Part shown: piece after piece, positions 20,998 to 31,508 of the stretch | Numbering within the stretch: position 1 is the stretch's first letter | How the letters are laid out: each line of letters begins with the position of its first letter | Assembly: GCA_964243415.1 (NCBI GenBank) | Contig: CAXTFG010000001.1 | Coordinates: 1-52,567 of the forward strand | Length of the DNA stretch: 52,567 nt | Direction of reading: 5' to 3' | Source: an uncultured Beijerinckiaceae bacterium | GTDB lineage: Bacteria > Pseudomonadota > Alphaproteobacteria > Rhizobiales > Beijerinckiaceae | The notes under the pieces: model-generated | What the model saw: the letters and a program-made list of their open reading frames with translations, nothing else | Databases searched by the model: none | What the model was told of the DNA's origin: nothing | Made by a program: the position numbers and the translations under genes

Positions 20998-21236
20998 ATG
21001 ATCAAAGTACTCAGGGTACCGGCGCGCTCATTGTCGGCGCCACTGCAGTCACACTCGCGGTTCCGGTCAGCCCGGCGACCGCTGGTCTCTCGTCGTCGCA
21101 TCACTCTCATCTGATGTTGCGTCGGAAGAAGAGGTCCGTCGTCGTTGGACTAGGCAGCAGCAGCGCGAGCCCAACCAGTGGCGGCAAAGCGATGGCGACT
21201 GGTGGCAACCCGGGCGGTTACGCAGACCGCAAGTAA
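20998..21236 (+). pseudogene. Frameshifted small secreted protein (79 aa if repaired)
   Basis: AGGA RBS and ATG 20998 give MIKVLR. A -1 shift in the AGGG run at 21013-21016 continues GTGALIVGATAVTLAVPVSPATA-GLSSSHHSHLMLRRKKRS...MATGGNPGGYADRK*, which reads as a signal peptide plus a mature part. Confidence 0.5.
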
Positions 21237-21288
21237 TCGGAAGACGCGCGAAGAGGCCGGAGATCCTCCGACCTCTTCGTTTTGGAAG

Positions 21289-21936
21289 CTATCCTCGCCC
21301 ATTCCGCGTGAGCAGGAACACCGCCTGGGCCCCAAAGAGGTTCCAGAACCACCACGGTACCTTGACCTGGATCGGCCGACCGTCCTGGTTCAATGCCATG
21401 GAGCGCTCGATGCGGCCTCGGCAGAGTTCGACCAGGGTGACGAAGTCTCGAATCGTGAAAGCGTGGATATTCGGCGTGTCATACCATTGGTATGAGAGTG
21501 CGTCGGTGATCGGCATTCGACCGCGAAACAGCAGCTGGCCGCGAACTTTCCAGTGGCCGAAATTGGGGAACGATACAACGGCGTGCCGGCCGATCCGCAG
21601 CATGTGCTCGAGAACTTGGCGGGGCTTCCGCGTGGCCTGCAGTGTCTGTGACAGGATGACAAAGTCGAACGCGTTGTCGGGATAGTCGGCGAGGTCGGTG
21701 TCGGCGTCGCCCTGGATCACGCTGAGGCCGTTAGCAACGCAATGGTTCACGCCCTTTTGCGAAAGCTCGATTCCGCGCGCATCGACGCCGTGATCTTCGG
21801 AAAGATAGTGCAGCAAAGCGCCATCACCGCACCCGATATCGAGCACGCGCGTCTGGGGCTCGAGGAATTTCGCTATCACGTAGAGGTCGGGCCGCAGGCC
21901 CGCGCGTTTGTCGTCCGGTGCAAAATCGCTGCTCAT
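21289..21936 (-). CDS. metW: Methionine biosynthesis protein MetW
   Basis: VLDIGCGDG, ILSQTLQA, SFPNFGHW and WYDTPNIH motifs; directly downstream of metX. Confidence 0.95.
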   Translation of the reverse strand: MSSDFAPDDKRAGLRPDLYVIAKFLEPQTRVLDIGCGDGALLHYLSEDHGVDARGIELSQKGVNHCVANGLSVIQGDADTDLADYPDNAFDFVILSQTLQATRKPRQVLEHMLRIGRHAVVSFPNFGHWKVRGQLLFRGRMPITDALSYQWYDTPNIHAFTIRDFVTLVELCRGRIERSMALNQDGRPIQVKVPWWFWNLFGAQAVFLLTRNGRG

Positions 21937-21961
21937 TCGAGCCGTTTCAAGTCGACCGGCC

Positions 21962-23152
21962 TCAAGCAGGTGCTTTGCGGGCCGGAGGCAAGCCGCGCAC
22001 CCGGGCGCAGCCCTCGATGAACCCGTGCGCAGTGGCGCTGAATTCCGGATCATTGATCAGGAAGGCGTCATGGCCGCGGTCGGTCATGATATCCACGAAC
22101 GAGACGGAGGCGCCGCCCGCATTGAGCGCGTGGACGATCGCCCGTGATGCCGAAGTCGGGTAGAGCCAGTCGGACGAGAACGACACTACGCAGAACCGCG
22201 TTTTCGAGCCTTTAAAGGCGTTGGCGAGTTGGCCCCCGAAATCGGCTGCGAGATCGAAATAATCGCACGCCCGCGTGACGTAGAGGTAAGAGTTGGCATC
22301 GAAGCGGTCGACGAAAGAGAGCCCCTGATAGCGCAGGTAGTTCTCGATCTGGAAATCCGCGTCGAACGAGAACGTAGGTGCCGCGCGTCCCTGAAGCTTC
22401 CGCCCAAACTTGCGCTGCAGAGCTTCGTCACTGAGGTAAGTGATATGCGCCGCCATTCGGGCGACCGCGAGGCCCTTGCCGGGATAACGTCCTTCATCGA
22501 GGTATCGTCCCTTGCACCAGTCGGGGTCGGCCATCACCGCCTGGCGACCGACCTCGTGAAACGCGATGTTCTGCGAGGAATGGCGCGCCGCGGTCGCGAT
22601 CGGCATGGCGGAAAACACGCGCTCTGGATAGCTCGCCGCCCACTGCAGCACCTGCATGCCCCCCATGGAGCCGCCGACGACGCAGAACAGCGTCTCGATG
22701 CCGAGCTGGTCGATCAGCATTGCCTGCGCGTTGGTCATGTCACGGATCGTCACGACCGGCATGTCGAGGCCGTAGGGGTGTCCCGTCGCCGGATCGCAGG
22801 ACGCCGGCCCGGTCGTTCCCATGCAGCCGCCGAGCACGTTGGAGCAGATGACGAAGAAGCGATCCGTGTCGACCGGCTTGCCAGGCCCCACCATGCTCGA
22901 CCACCAACCGGGCTTCCCCGTCAGCGGGTTGATGTTCGCCACATGCTGATCACCCGTGAGTGCATGGCAGATAAGGATGGCGTTGGAGCGCGCTTCGTTG
23001 AGAATGCCATAGGTCTGGTAGGCGATGGTAAAGGGAGCGAGCCTGACGCCGCCATCGGTGACGAGCGGCGTGTCCGGCCCGAACTCGACGATACGCGACG
23101 ACGGCGTATGGACTTCGCGCTGACTGGCCGTCTTGGACGGCATGATATTCAT
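21962..23152 (-). CDS. metX: Homoserine O-acetyltransferase
   Basis: CHALTGD, GGSMGG nucleophile elbow, RFDANSY and GHDAFL. Confidence 0.96.
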   Translation of the reverse strand: MNIMPSKTASQREVHTPSSRIVEFGPDTPLVTDGGVRLAPFTIAYQTYGILNEARSNAILICHALTGDQHVANINPLTGKPGWWSSMVGPGKPVDTDRFFVICSNVLGGCMGTTGPASCDPATGHPYGLDMPVVTIRDMTNAQAMLIDQLGIETLFCVVGGSMGGMQVLQWAASYPERVFSAMPIATAARHSSQNIAFHEVGRQAVMADPDWCKGRYLDEGRYPGKGLAVARMAAHITYLSDEALQRKFGRKLQGRAAPTFSFDADFQIENYLRYQGLSFVDRFDANSYLYVTRACDYFDLAADFGGQLANAFKGSKTRFCVVSFSSDWLYPTSASRAIVHALNAGGASVSFVDIMTDRGHDAFLINDPEFSATAHGFIEGCARVRGLPPARKAPA

Positions 23153-23390
23153 CGGCCGGATCGGCCTTGTGCAGACGCAAACATGGTCACGACCATATGG
23201 GAAACCTGGAAAGTTTTCGTCAAGCGTTGTTAGCTCTAAAAGGTCGACATGGTTCGTCTGGTGGGCCGGGGAGCAGATCTGAGTTTTGGGCGCGCCGGCC
23301 AGGGCAGCATGCCGATCGGGGCCGGCCGCTTCAGGGCAGCGAAGTTCGGCCCTTTACCTCGCTCCTGCAGGGCGCCTATGTAGGCGCAAC

Positions 23391-24245
23391 ATGACGATTG
23401 TGATGACCGGAGCCGGTGCTGCCGCTCCCACCCTCGAAACCCTTCGCCAAGAGATCGACGAGATCGACCGTGCGCTCCATGCGCGCCTGATCGAGCGCGG
23501 CGAGATCATCGACAAGCTGATCGCCGTCAAGACGCGGCAGGGTAGTGGCTCGGCGTTCCGGCCGGCGCGCGAGGTGGAAATGATGCGCCGGTTGGTCGAG
23601 AACCACCGTGGGATCCTTCCCCTCGATACGGTCGAGGGAATCTGGCGGATCATCATCTCGACCTTCACCTACGTGCAGGCGCCTTATACTGTTCATGCCG
23701 ATGTGTCGGGCGGCGACGTGCGCATGCGTGACAGCGCCCGCTTCCATTTCGGCTTCACGGTTCCGCTCGCCGTTCAGACCTCGCCCGCCGCCGTCGTCGC
23801 GGCTGTCGCGGCGGCAAAGGGCGACCTCGGCTTAGTCCGCGTAGGGTCCGCGACCGTCCCCTGGTGGATCGACCTCGGCGCGTCGGATGCGCCGAAAATT
23901 ATTGCTCGGCTTCCCTTCGTCGAGAGAGCGGACCATGCTGCCGGCCTGCCGCTCTTCGTCGTTGCGAAGCCTCTTGCCGAGGCCGCGCCGCACGATGTGC
24001 GTCTTTACGCGGTGACCCTCCGCGGCGTGGCGGCGCGTCCGCAACCGGCAGGCTCGGTGGAAATCCTCGAGCAGATGACGATGAGCGACGGCCTCTGCGT
24101 CCTCGCGGCCGCGCCGGGTGCCGTCACTGCGGCGACGGTCGCCATGGCCTTTCGAACGCCGGGCATTCCGGATCCCGACGTGGCGTTCGTCGGTTCCCAT
24201 GCAGCCCGCTACGAGGCCGTGCTCGGTCTGGCCGCGGCACAGTGA
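23391..24245 (+). CDS. Chorismate mutase (AroQ domain plus C-terminal domain)
   Basis: LRQEIDEID...ERG...[13 protein letters not shown]; lies upstream of hisC-tyrC. Confidence 0.88.
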   Translation: MTIVMTGAGAAAPTLETLRQEIDEIDRALHARLIERGEIIDKLIAVKTRQGSGSAFRPAREVEMMRRLVENHRGILPLDTVEGIWRIIISTFTYVQAPYTVHADVSGGDVRMRDSARFHFGFTVPLAVQTSPAAVVAAVAAAKGDLGLVRVGSATVPWWIDLGASDAPKIIARLPFVERADHAAGLPLFVVAKPLAEAAPHDVRLYAVTLRGVAARPQPAGSVEILEQMTMSDGLCVLAAAPGAVTAATVAMAFRTPGIPDPDVAFVGSHAARYEAVLGLAAAQ

Positions 24246-24252
24246 GGCCCGC

Positions 24253-25365
24253 ATGACATCCGCCGATCTTCCGCTTCGTCCGCGACCGCATGCCGGCATC
24301 CTCGCCGCCGACCCCTACGTGCCGGGCAAGAGCAAGGCGCCCGGCGTCGCGGGCCCGATCTACAAGCTCAGCTCGAACGAGACGCCCCTCGGCGCGTCGC
24401 CGGCGGCGAAGGCGGCGTTTCAGAAGGCGAGCGACAGGCTCGAATCCTACCCTGACGGCACGGCGGCTCCGTTGCGCGAGGCGATCGGGCGCTGCCACCG
24501 CCTCGACCCTGCGCGCATCGTCTGCGGCGCCGGATCGGACGAACTCCTGTACATGCTCGCCAACATCTTCTGCGAGCCGGGCGACGAAGGCGTCTACACC
24601 GAACACGGCTTCCTCCTCTATCGCACGGCAATCCTTGCTGCCGAGGGAGTGCCGGTGGTGGTGGGCGAGCGCGAGCTGACCGCCGATGTCGATGCAATCC
24701 TGGCCGCCGTAACGGCGCGCACGAAGATCGTCTTCATCGCAAATCCCAGCAATCCGACCGGCACCTATCTCGGGCGCGAAGAGGTGACACGCCTCGCCGA
24801 TAGCCTGCCGCCTCACGTGTTGCTCGTCCTCGACGCGGCCTACGCAGAATTCGCGACGGCGGCGGATTACGAGGCCGGCTTCGCCCTCGTGCACGATCGC
24901 GACAACGTCGTCGTCACCCGCACCTTCTCGAAGATCTACGGGCTTGCGAGCCTGCGGCTCGGCTGGTGCTACGCGCCCGCCGCCATCATCGAGGCAATCA
25001 ATCGGGTGCGCAGCCCGTTCAACGTCAACGATCCCGCGATGCGGGCTGGGATCGCCGCGGTCGAGGACCAGGCGCTGATCGAGGCCGCGATCGCTCACAA
25101 CACGCATTGGCGGGATGTGGTGACCCGCGAGATCGCCGCGCTCGGCTTTCCCGTCACGCCGAGCCAGGCGAACTTCGTGCTGATTCACCTGCGCGACCCG
25201 GCCGAGGCGAAGGCGCTCGACGCCTTCCTGACCGCGCGCGGTCTGATCCTTCGTTATGTTGCCGCCTACGCCTTGCCGTCCTGCCTGCGCCTCAGCGTCG
25301 GCGGCGAGACGGCGAACCGCCTCGTGATCGAGGCCTTTGCCGCCTTCGCGCAGCAGCGCGGGTGA
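24253..25365 (+). CDS. hisC: Histidinol-phosphate aminotransferase
   Basis: [26 protein letters not shown] and [15 protein letters not shown] (PLP lysine). Confidence 0.95.
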   Translation: MTSADLPLRPRPHAGILAADPYVPGKSKAPGVAGPIYKLSSNETPLGASPAAKAAFQKASDRLESYPDGTAAPLREAIGRCHRLDPARIVCGAGSDELLYMLANIFCEPGDEGVYTEHGFLLYRTAILAAEGVPVVVGERELTADVDAILAAVTARTKIVFIANPSNPTGTYLGREEVTRLADSLPPHVLLVLDAAYAEFATAADYEAGFALVHDRDNVVVTRTFSKIYGLASLRLGWCYAPAAIIEAINRVRSPFNVNDPAMRAGIAAVEDQALIEAAIAHNTHWRDVVTREIAALGFPVTPSQANFVLIHLRDPAEAKALDAFLTARGLILRYVAAYALPSCLRLSVGGETANRLVIEAFAAFAQQRG

Positions 25366-25425
25366 GGGCAAACTCGCTCATGCCGTGTCGTCTTGCGTCT
25401 TCCCGATGTCCGGCGCGGGGGACCT

Positions 25426-26385
25426 GTGCCCTTGGCTGAGCGTCTCGACGCGCCACTCGCCGCGCCATTGTTCGACAAGGTCTCCATCGTTGGCCTCGGG
25501 CTGATCGGCGCCTCGCTCTGCCGCGTTGCGCGCCAGCAGAGACTCGCCCGAACGGTGGTTGGCGCCGACGCCGATCCGGCCGTGCGTCGGCGCGCGAAAG
25601 ATATCGACCTCGTCGACGTCATGGCCGAAACCATCGAAGAAGCAGTCACCCACGCCGGCCTCGTCATCCTGTGTACGCCCGTCGGGGCGATGGCGGGTGT
25701 CGCGGCCGCAATGTCAGCCCATCTCTCCCCCGGGGCGATCGTCAGCGATACCGGTTCGGTGAAGGTGTCGGTCGTCGACACGGTGCGCCCGCACCTGCCC
25801 GAAGGAGTGCATTTCATCCCTGCGCATCCGGTGGCCGGCACCGAATATTCCGGCCCCGATGCCGGCTTCGCGACGCTCTTCGTCAACCGCTGGGCGATCC
25901 TGACGCCGCCGGAGGGCACAGTTGGTGAGGCGGTCGCCCGGTACACCTCGTTTTGGGAAGCGGCCGGTGCCAATGTCGAGGTGATGAGCGCGCAGCACCA
26001 CGATATCGTGCTCGCCATCACGAGCCACGTTCCACACCTCATCGCCTACAATATCGTGCGCACCGCCTCCGACCTGGAGAAGGTAACCCAAGCCGAGGTG
26101 ATGAAGTTTTCCGCTGGCGGCTTTCGCGATTTCACCCGCATCGCCTCGTCCGACCCGACGATGTGGCGCGACGTCTTCCTCAACAATCGCGAGGCCGTGC
26201 TCGACGTGCTCGGCCGCTTTAATGAAGACCTCGCCTCGTTACAGCGCATGGTGCGCGACGGCGACGGGCGGGGATTGTTCGACCTCTTCACCCGCACCCG
26301 CGCGATCCGTCGCGGGATCATCGCGCAGGGCCAGGAGACAGCTGCGGCGGATTTCGGCCGGCGGGTCTCCGAGCAGCGCGCTTGA
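25426..26385 (+). CDS. tyrC: Prephenate/cyclohexadienyl dehydrogenase
   Basis: GLGLIG, DTGSVK, HPVAGTE, SHVPH and GGFRDFTRIASSDPTMWRD. GTG 25426 has a GGGGGA RBS. Confidence 0.92.
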   Translation: MPLAERLDAPLAAPLFDKVSIVGLGLIGASLCRVARQQRLARTVVGADADPAVRRRAKDIDLVDVMAETIEEAVTHAGLVILCTPVGAMAGVAAAMSAHLSPGAIVSDTGSVKVSVVDTVRPHLPEGVHFIPAHPVAGTEYSGPDAGFATLFVNRWAILTPPEGTVGEAVARYTSFWEAAGANVEVMSAQHHDIVLAITSHVPHLIAYNIVRTASDLEKVTQAEVMKFSAGGFRDFTRIASSDPTMWRDVFLNNREAVLDVLGRFNEDLASLQRMVRDGDGRGLFDLFTRTRAIRRGIIAQGQETAAADFGRRVSEQRA

Positions 26386-26422
26386 CTTTCGTCTCGAACG
26401 TTGCCCGGCGACGCGCTTGTTA

Positions 26423-27310
26423 TCAGGCCGCTTGGCGCTTCGGCTGCACCTCGGCGGCATAATCTTCGATCATTTGCCGCGAGATCGCGCCGGGCTTGAA
26501 GCGGTACGGGCCGATTTCGGCGACCGGGGTCACTTCCGCGCCGGTGCCGCAGATGAAGCATTCCTCGAAACCTTCGAGTTCGTCGGGCATGATGCGGCGC
26601 TCGACCACTTGAAACCCACGCCGCCGCGCGACGTCGATCACAGTCCGCCGCGTGATGCCGTCGAGGAAGCAGTCGGCCAACGGCGTGTGGATGATGCCGG
26701 CCTTCGTGAAAAAGATGTTGGCGCCGGTGCACTCGGCGACGCGCCCCAGCCAATCGAGCATCATCGCGTCCGCGTACCCTTTACGCTCGGCGGCATGCTT
26801 CGAGAGCGTGCAGATCATGTAGAGCCCGGCCGCCTTGGCCTTACATGGCGCTGTCAAGGGGTCGGGGCGGCGGTACTCGGCGATGTCGAGCTTGATGCCG
26901 TTCATCTTGGTGGCCAGGTCGAACATCGAGGGCCACGGCCACACGGCGATCGCGACGTTGATCGTCGCGTTCTGCGCCGCCACCGCCATCATCTCGCTGC
27001 CGCGCCAAGCGACCGGGCGAACATAGCAGTCGCTTTGGTGATTGGCGCGCACGACCTCGTGCTTGATGCGGTCGAGCTCGTCTATGGAGTAAGGGATTTC
27101 GAAGTCGAGGATGCGGGCTGACTCGCGGAATCGCTCTGAGTGCTCGCGTGACTTGAAGATGATGCCGCCATAGGCGCGTTCCCCCTCGAAAACAGAGGAT
27201 GCGTAATGCAGGCCGTGGGACAGCACATGCAGCTTGGCATCGGCCCACGGCAACATGGCGCCGTTCATCCAGATCACGCCTTCGCGCTTGTCGAAGGGCA
27301 GGACGGACAT
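26423..27310 (-). CDS. ilvE: Branched-chain amino acid aminotransferase
   Basis: HGLHYASSVFEG, YVRP, KAAGLY, ECTGANIF, LDGITR and GTGAEVTPV. Confidence 0.95.
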   Translation of the reverse strand: MSVLPFDKREGVIWMNGAMLPWADAKLHVLSHGLHYASSVFEGERAYGGIIFKSREHSERFRESARILDFEIPYSIDELDRIKHEVVRANHQSDCYVRPVAWRGSEMMAVAAQNATINVAIAVWPWPSMFDLATKMNGIKLDIAEYRRPDPLTAPCKAKAAGLYMICTLSKHAAERKGYADAMMLDWLGRVAECTGANIFFTKAGIIHTPLADCFLDGITRRTVIDVARRRGFQVVERRIMPDELEGFEECFICGTGAEVTPVAEIGPYRFKPGAISRQMIEDYAAEVQPKRQAA

Positions 27311-27416
27311 GGCTCGCTCCAAGGTTGACCGTGACGGGATGCGGAATTGGACGGCCTAGTCCGCTGCCAAAAGCGTGTCAACGATTCCGGCGGGCGTAAA
27401 TAGGCCTCCTGGCAAG

Positions 27417-27446
27417 CGGAACGGCGCCTAAAGCTGGGCCGTTCCG
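27417..27446. promoter_or_regulatory. Symmetric sigmaEcfG-type promoter / 9-bp inverted repeat between ilvE and yihY
   Basis: CGGAACGGC-N12-GCCGTTCCG, which reads GGAAC-N17-CGTT on both strands. Confidence 0.6.
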
Positions 27447-27453
27447 TGAGGGG

Positions 27454-28587
27454 ATGGGGGCAAGCGAGATGGACTTGAACACGGCTGCCCCTGGGCGTGG
27501 CACTGGCGCGCGAAACAAGCTCAAAGAAGTACGAGGCCGCAGCTGGCGAGAGGCCCGCGCGACGCGGCGCACGCGACGAGCCACTGTCCCGACCACCATT
27601 TTGCCCTGGTATCTCATCGTTCTTGGCGTCGCCGTCGCCGCTTCGACGAGCGCGGCCCAGAAACGTGCCGTCTCCGTCCTGTCCGCGACGCCTGTCGAGA
27701 CCACCGATCCGCTGCCGGGCGTCGCCCCGGAATGGCTCAAGGCGAGCCGCCGGGCGCGTCACGGGTGGACGCTGGTCAACCGCGTCATCAACAGGATGGG
27801 CCAGGACAACCTCACGCTCGTCGCGGCCGGCATCGCCTTCTACGCAATGTTCTCGATCTTCCCCGCGCTTGGCGCGCTGGTCTCGATCTATGGCTTCTTT
27901 GGCGACACCCACGTCGTACAGACCCAGGTTCAGCAACTGACGGTTCTCCTGCCGGGCGAGACCGCGAAGCTGCTCAACGATGCCCTGGTCGCCCTCATGA
28001 GCAAGCCGAACGCGAGCCTCAGTTCCGGGCTCTTCATCAGTCTCGGCGTGGCGATCTGGGCGGCGCGAGCCGGCACCTCCTCAATGATGACCGGCCTAAA
28101 CGTCGCGCTCGAAAAACCCGAACAGCGTAGCCTCGTCGCGCAGAACGCCATCGCGATCGGGCTGACCTTCGGCGCCATCATCTTCGCCATGGTCGCGCTG
28201 ACGATTGTAGCGGTGATCCCCATCGCGCTTGATGTGCTGCCGATCGACGCCCAGCTTCGAGCATGGCTCGCCTATTCGCGCTGGCCTGTCCTCGCGGCCT
28301 TCGTCGTGCTCTCGCTCGACGTCATCTACCGCTTCGGTCCGAGCCTCCAGAACCCACGTTGGCGGTTCGCCAGCGCGGGGACGCTGTTTGCCGCCGCTCT
28401 CTGGATCGCGGGGTCGTGGGCATTCTCCCTCTACGTCACGCGTTTCGGCAGTTACGACAGGATGTACGGCTCGCTCGGCGCCGTCATTGTCCTCTTGCTC
28501 TGGTTCTGGATCTCGTCGCTGATCGTTCTCATGGGGGCGGCGATCGATGCCGTGCGCGCCGATTTGAAGAGGCGCCCCCTGACCTGA
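27454..28587 (+). CDS. YihY/BrkB family membrane protein
   Basis: AAGIAFYAMFSIFP, IYRFGP and YGSLGAVIVLLLWFW motifs; multiple TM helices. Start is uncertain. Confidence 0.9.
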   Translation: MGASEMDLNTAAPGRGTGARNKLKEVRGRSWREARATRRTRRATVPTTILPWYLIVLGVAVAASTSAAQKRAVSVLSATPVETTDPLPGVAPEWLKASRRARHGWTLVNRVINRMGQDNLTLVAAGIAFYAMFSIFPALGALVSIYGFFGDTHVVQTQVQQLTVLLPGETAKLLNDALVALMSKPNASLSSGLFISLGVAIWAARAGTSSMMTGLNVALEKPEQRSLVAQNAIAIGLTFGAIIFAMVALTIVAVIPIALDVLPIDAQLRAWLAYSRWPVLAAFVVLSLDVIYRFGPSLQNPRWRFASAGTLFAAALWIAGSWAFSLYVTRFGSYDRMYGSLGAVIVLLLWFWISSLIVLMGAAIDAVRADLKRRPLT

Positions 28588-28610
28588 GTTCGACAAACGC
28601 CCGGCGCTGA

Positions 28611-30503
28611 TCAAGCAACGGGTTCGGTTTCAGGCCGCGTTGGCTGGCGAACGACCTTTGATGTCTCCGCGAGCACGGCGATCTTGTCGCCCTCCGCAAT
28701 GGCCAGCGCGGGTCCTTCGATCGTGGCGAAGGCGAGATCACCGTTTTTTCGAAGGCAAAGCAGATCGAAGCTTGCCTTTCGAGCACGCCCGTTTTCGTCA
28801 TTGCTTTGTTCCGATACGGCCCGCGCCGACAACTCGGTCGAGCCTCGGAGGTCCTGAACGGGTTCATCCACGCCGGAGTGCTCGCGCAACTCGAACCGCC
28901 ACCCGTCCTTGTAGCGCCGGCGGGCGGTCGCAAAGTCGAGCGGGGGCGACCCCACGCCTTGGCCGCGCCAGTCTCGCGCGAGACTGAGCCAAAGCTCGGT
29001 ATCGTCCCCATGCGGCACCAGCTGGAATACCCGGCTGCGCCCGAGTTCGGGCGCGAGCTTGGCACAGACCAAGCTATTGTAAACGTCGTTCGGGGTTGCC
29101 GCGAGAAGATAGTCGATCCGTCTTCCGGCCAGTTCCTCCTCGGCATGACCGGAGAGGATCTCCGCTTGTAGAACGGGTATGCGTCGCTCGCGGGCGGGAT
29201 CGAGGGCGCCGGGAAAGCTGTCGACCAGCAGCACGGGCGTGCCCGTCTTGTACAGCGCCTCGGCGAGATCGGTCGTCCAGGCGGTAGCCCCGACGATGAC
29301 CAGGCCCGGCCGGTTGCCGAGAGTCAGGCCGAGAGCGCGAGCCAGAGGTGCGAGCGTGAACCCGTGCAGGATCATCGTCGCCGCGATCAGGGCGAAGACC
29401 GCGGGCATGACGAGAGCGCCCTCCGTGTCACCGGCCCCCGAGAGCTTGGCGCTGGCGACGCCGGCAACGGCCGCAGCCACGATGCCCCGCGGAGCGATCC
29501 AGCCGGCGAGCGCCCGTTCCTGCCAGGTCAGGTCACTGCGCAGCGTCGCCAATACAATAGCGGCCGGTCGCACGACGAAGATCATGGCAAGCGTGAGCAG
29601 CAGGATCGGCCATGACAGCTGCGCGAAGAGGCTGCGGTCAAGGCTTGCTGTCAGCGTCACAAAGAGGGCCGACACGATCAGGACGACCAGCGATTCCTTG
29701 AACCGAGCAAGCTCGGACACGCCGGGAATGTGCAAATTGGCGAGCGCGATACCGAAAATCGTCGCCGCCGCCAAACCGGCTTCGTCCATCACCAGGTTGG
29801 CGAGCGTGTAAACGCCCAAGGCAAGGGCCAGGATGATCGGCGACTTCAGGGCTTCGGGAACCTGATCGCGGTTGACCAACCAGCGGACTAGAAAGGCGGC
29901 GCCCACACCAAGCATGACCGAGACGAGAAGCCCGCCGCCGAGTTCGAGTGCGAGTTCGCCTGCGCCGTGCTCCTTCCGTGCGAGCACCAGCGCGAGGACG
30001 AGGGCAGCGAGCAAGGCGCCGATTGGGTCGTTGACGATCGCTTCCCATTTCAGAAAAGAGGCCGCCCGACGTTCGAGGCGCGTATTGCGGACGAGCGGAA
30101 GAACGACGGTCGGGCCGGTGACGACCGTGATGGCGCCGAACAGCAAGCTCGCTTGCAACGGCAGGCCGCCGACGTAGAAGGCGGCGGTTCCCCCGAGAAC
30201 GAAGCTGATCGGAAGAGCGACCATGGTCAGTCGAAGCACGCCCTCACCGGCCGCGCGCAACTCTCGAAAGTCGAGAGCGAGGCCGCCTTCGAAGACGACG
30301 ATGGCGACGGCGAGGCCGACGATAGGGCGCAGACCCGCACCGAACTGCACCGTCGGATTGAGTATTTGCAGCCCTGGTCCAACGAGAAGCCCAACCGCGA
30401 AGAGCAACACGATGGCCGGCAGCTTCAGCCGCCACGCGATCCACTGCGCCGCGACGCCTGCGCAGGCGATGCAGAGCACGGCCACGGCAACATCATCGGG
30501 CAT
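28611..30503 (-). CDS. CPA1 (NhaP-type) cation:proton antiporter with RCK/TrkA-N-like C-terminus
   Basis: FEGGL, VTGPTV, EAIVNDPIG, VVRP and APRGIVAAA motifs; roughly 12 TM helices. Confidence 0.9.
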   Translation of the reverse strand: MPDDVAVAVLCIACAGVAAQWIAWRLKLPAIVLLFAVGLLVGPGLQILNPTVQFGAGLRPIVGLAVAIVVFEGGLALDFRELRAAGEGVLRLTMVALPISFVLGGTAAFYVGGLPLQASLLFGAITVVTGPTVVLPLVRNTRLERRAASFLKWEAIVNDPIGALLAALVLALVLARKEHGAGELALELGGGLLVSVMLGVGAAFLVRWLVNRDQVPEALKSPIILALALGVYTLANLVMDEAGLAAATIFGIALANLHIPGVSELARFKESLVVLIVSALFVTLTASLDRSLFAQLSWPILLLTLAMIFVVRPAAIVLATLRSDLTWQERALAGWIAPRGIVAAAVAGVASAKLSGAGDTEGALVMPAVFALIAATMILHGFTLAPLARALGLTLGNRPGLVIVGATAWTTDLAEALYKTGTPVLLVDSFPGALDPARERRIPVLQAEILSGHAEEELAGRRIDYLLAATPNDVYNSLVCAKLAPELGRSRVFQLVPHGDDTELWLSLARDWRGQGVGSPPLDFATARRRYKDGWRFELREHSGVDEPVQDLRGSTELSARAVSEQSNDENGRARKASFDLLCLRKNGDLAFATIEGPALAIAEGDKIAVLAETSKVVRQPTRPETEPVA

Positions 30504-30710
30504 GGAGGTCCTTCAGCATTGACGGGGACGCGCGGGAGAAACGGGAAGCGTGCCGGACGGCGTTGACACAAACCGGAGCCGCAGCTCGGTAACGAAAGAC
30601 CGCAGGGAAGCGGGCGTGACAAGTCCACGCTGGCACGGCTTGGTGGTCGAAACGTCTCGCCGAGACCCGTCACCTCGCACACGGACGGATGAGACGCGGT
30701 GCGACGATCT

Positions 30711-31493
30711 TTAAGCCGCCGTCCACCCGCCATCGATCGAGAGGATCGAGCCTGTCATTCCTTTCGCGGCATCGGAGGCGAGATAGACGGTCAATGCCGC
30801 GACCTCTTCGATGGTAACGAACTGCTTGGTCGGTTGCGCCTTCAGCAGAACCTCCTCGATCACCTGTTCCTTAGTCATCTTGCGGGCCACCATCGTGTCG
30901 GGGATCTGGCTCTCGACGAGCGGCGTCCAGACGTAGCCGGGGCAGATCGCATTGCACGTGATGCCCTCGGTCGCCAGCTCAAGCGCGACCGTCTTGGTGA
31001 ACCCTGCGATGCCGTGCTTGGCCGCGACATAGGCTGACTTGAAGGGCGATGCGACGAGGGCGTGCGCCGAAGCAATATTGATGATGCGGCCCCAACCGCG
31101 CGACTTCATGCAAGGCACTGCGGCGCGCGTCGTATGGAACGTCGATGACAGATTGATCGCGATGATTTGGTCCCATTTCTCGAGCGGAAACTCCTCGACG
31201 GGCGAGACGAACTGGATCCCGGCATTGTTCACCAGAATGTCGACCGCGCCGAACTGGGCCTCCGCTTCCGCGATCATCGCGGCGATCTGCTGAGGCTTCG
31301 TCATGTCGGCCGGCGAATAGCTGCAGGCGACGCCAAACTCGCTTTCGATTTTGGTGCGCTCGCTTTCGATCGCGTCCGCGTCGCCGAAGCCGTTGAGGAC
31401 GATGCGCGCACCCGTCTTGGCAAGGGCGCGCGCGATCCCGAGTCCAATACCGCTTGTCGACCCGGTGACGACCGCTGTCTTGCTGTCTTTCAT
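30711..31493 (-). CDS. bdhA: 3-hydroxybutyrate dehydrogenase
   Basis: TGSTSGIG, NNAGIQ, SAHALVASPFKSAYVAAKHG and CPGYVWTPLV. Confidence 0.93.
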   Translation of the reverse strand: MKDSKTAVVTGSTSGIGLGIARALAKTGARIVLNGFGDADAIESERTKIESEFGVACSYSPADMTKPQQIAAMIAEAEAQFGAVDILVNNAGIQFVSPVEEFPLEKWDQIIAINLSSTFHTTRAAVPCMKSRGWGRIINIASAHALVASPFKSAYVAAKHGIAGFTKTVALELATEGITCNAICPGYVWTPLVESQIPDTMVARKMTKEQVIEEVLLKAQPTKQFVTIEEVAALTVYLASDAAKGMTGSILSIDGGWTAA

Positions 31494-31508
31494 GCCTTCT
31501 CCTGTCGG

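Noticed and set aside
23153-23390. SAM-II riboswitch expected upstream of metX
   Set aside because: The conserved elements could not be matched on the minus strand; a partial look-alike is on the wrong strand. An Infernal RF00521 scan would be needed.
30630-30646. TGGCACG sigma54-like -24 element
   Set aside because: No GC at the -12 position with correct spacing, and no plus-strand gene downstream.
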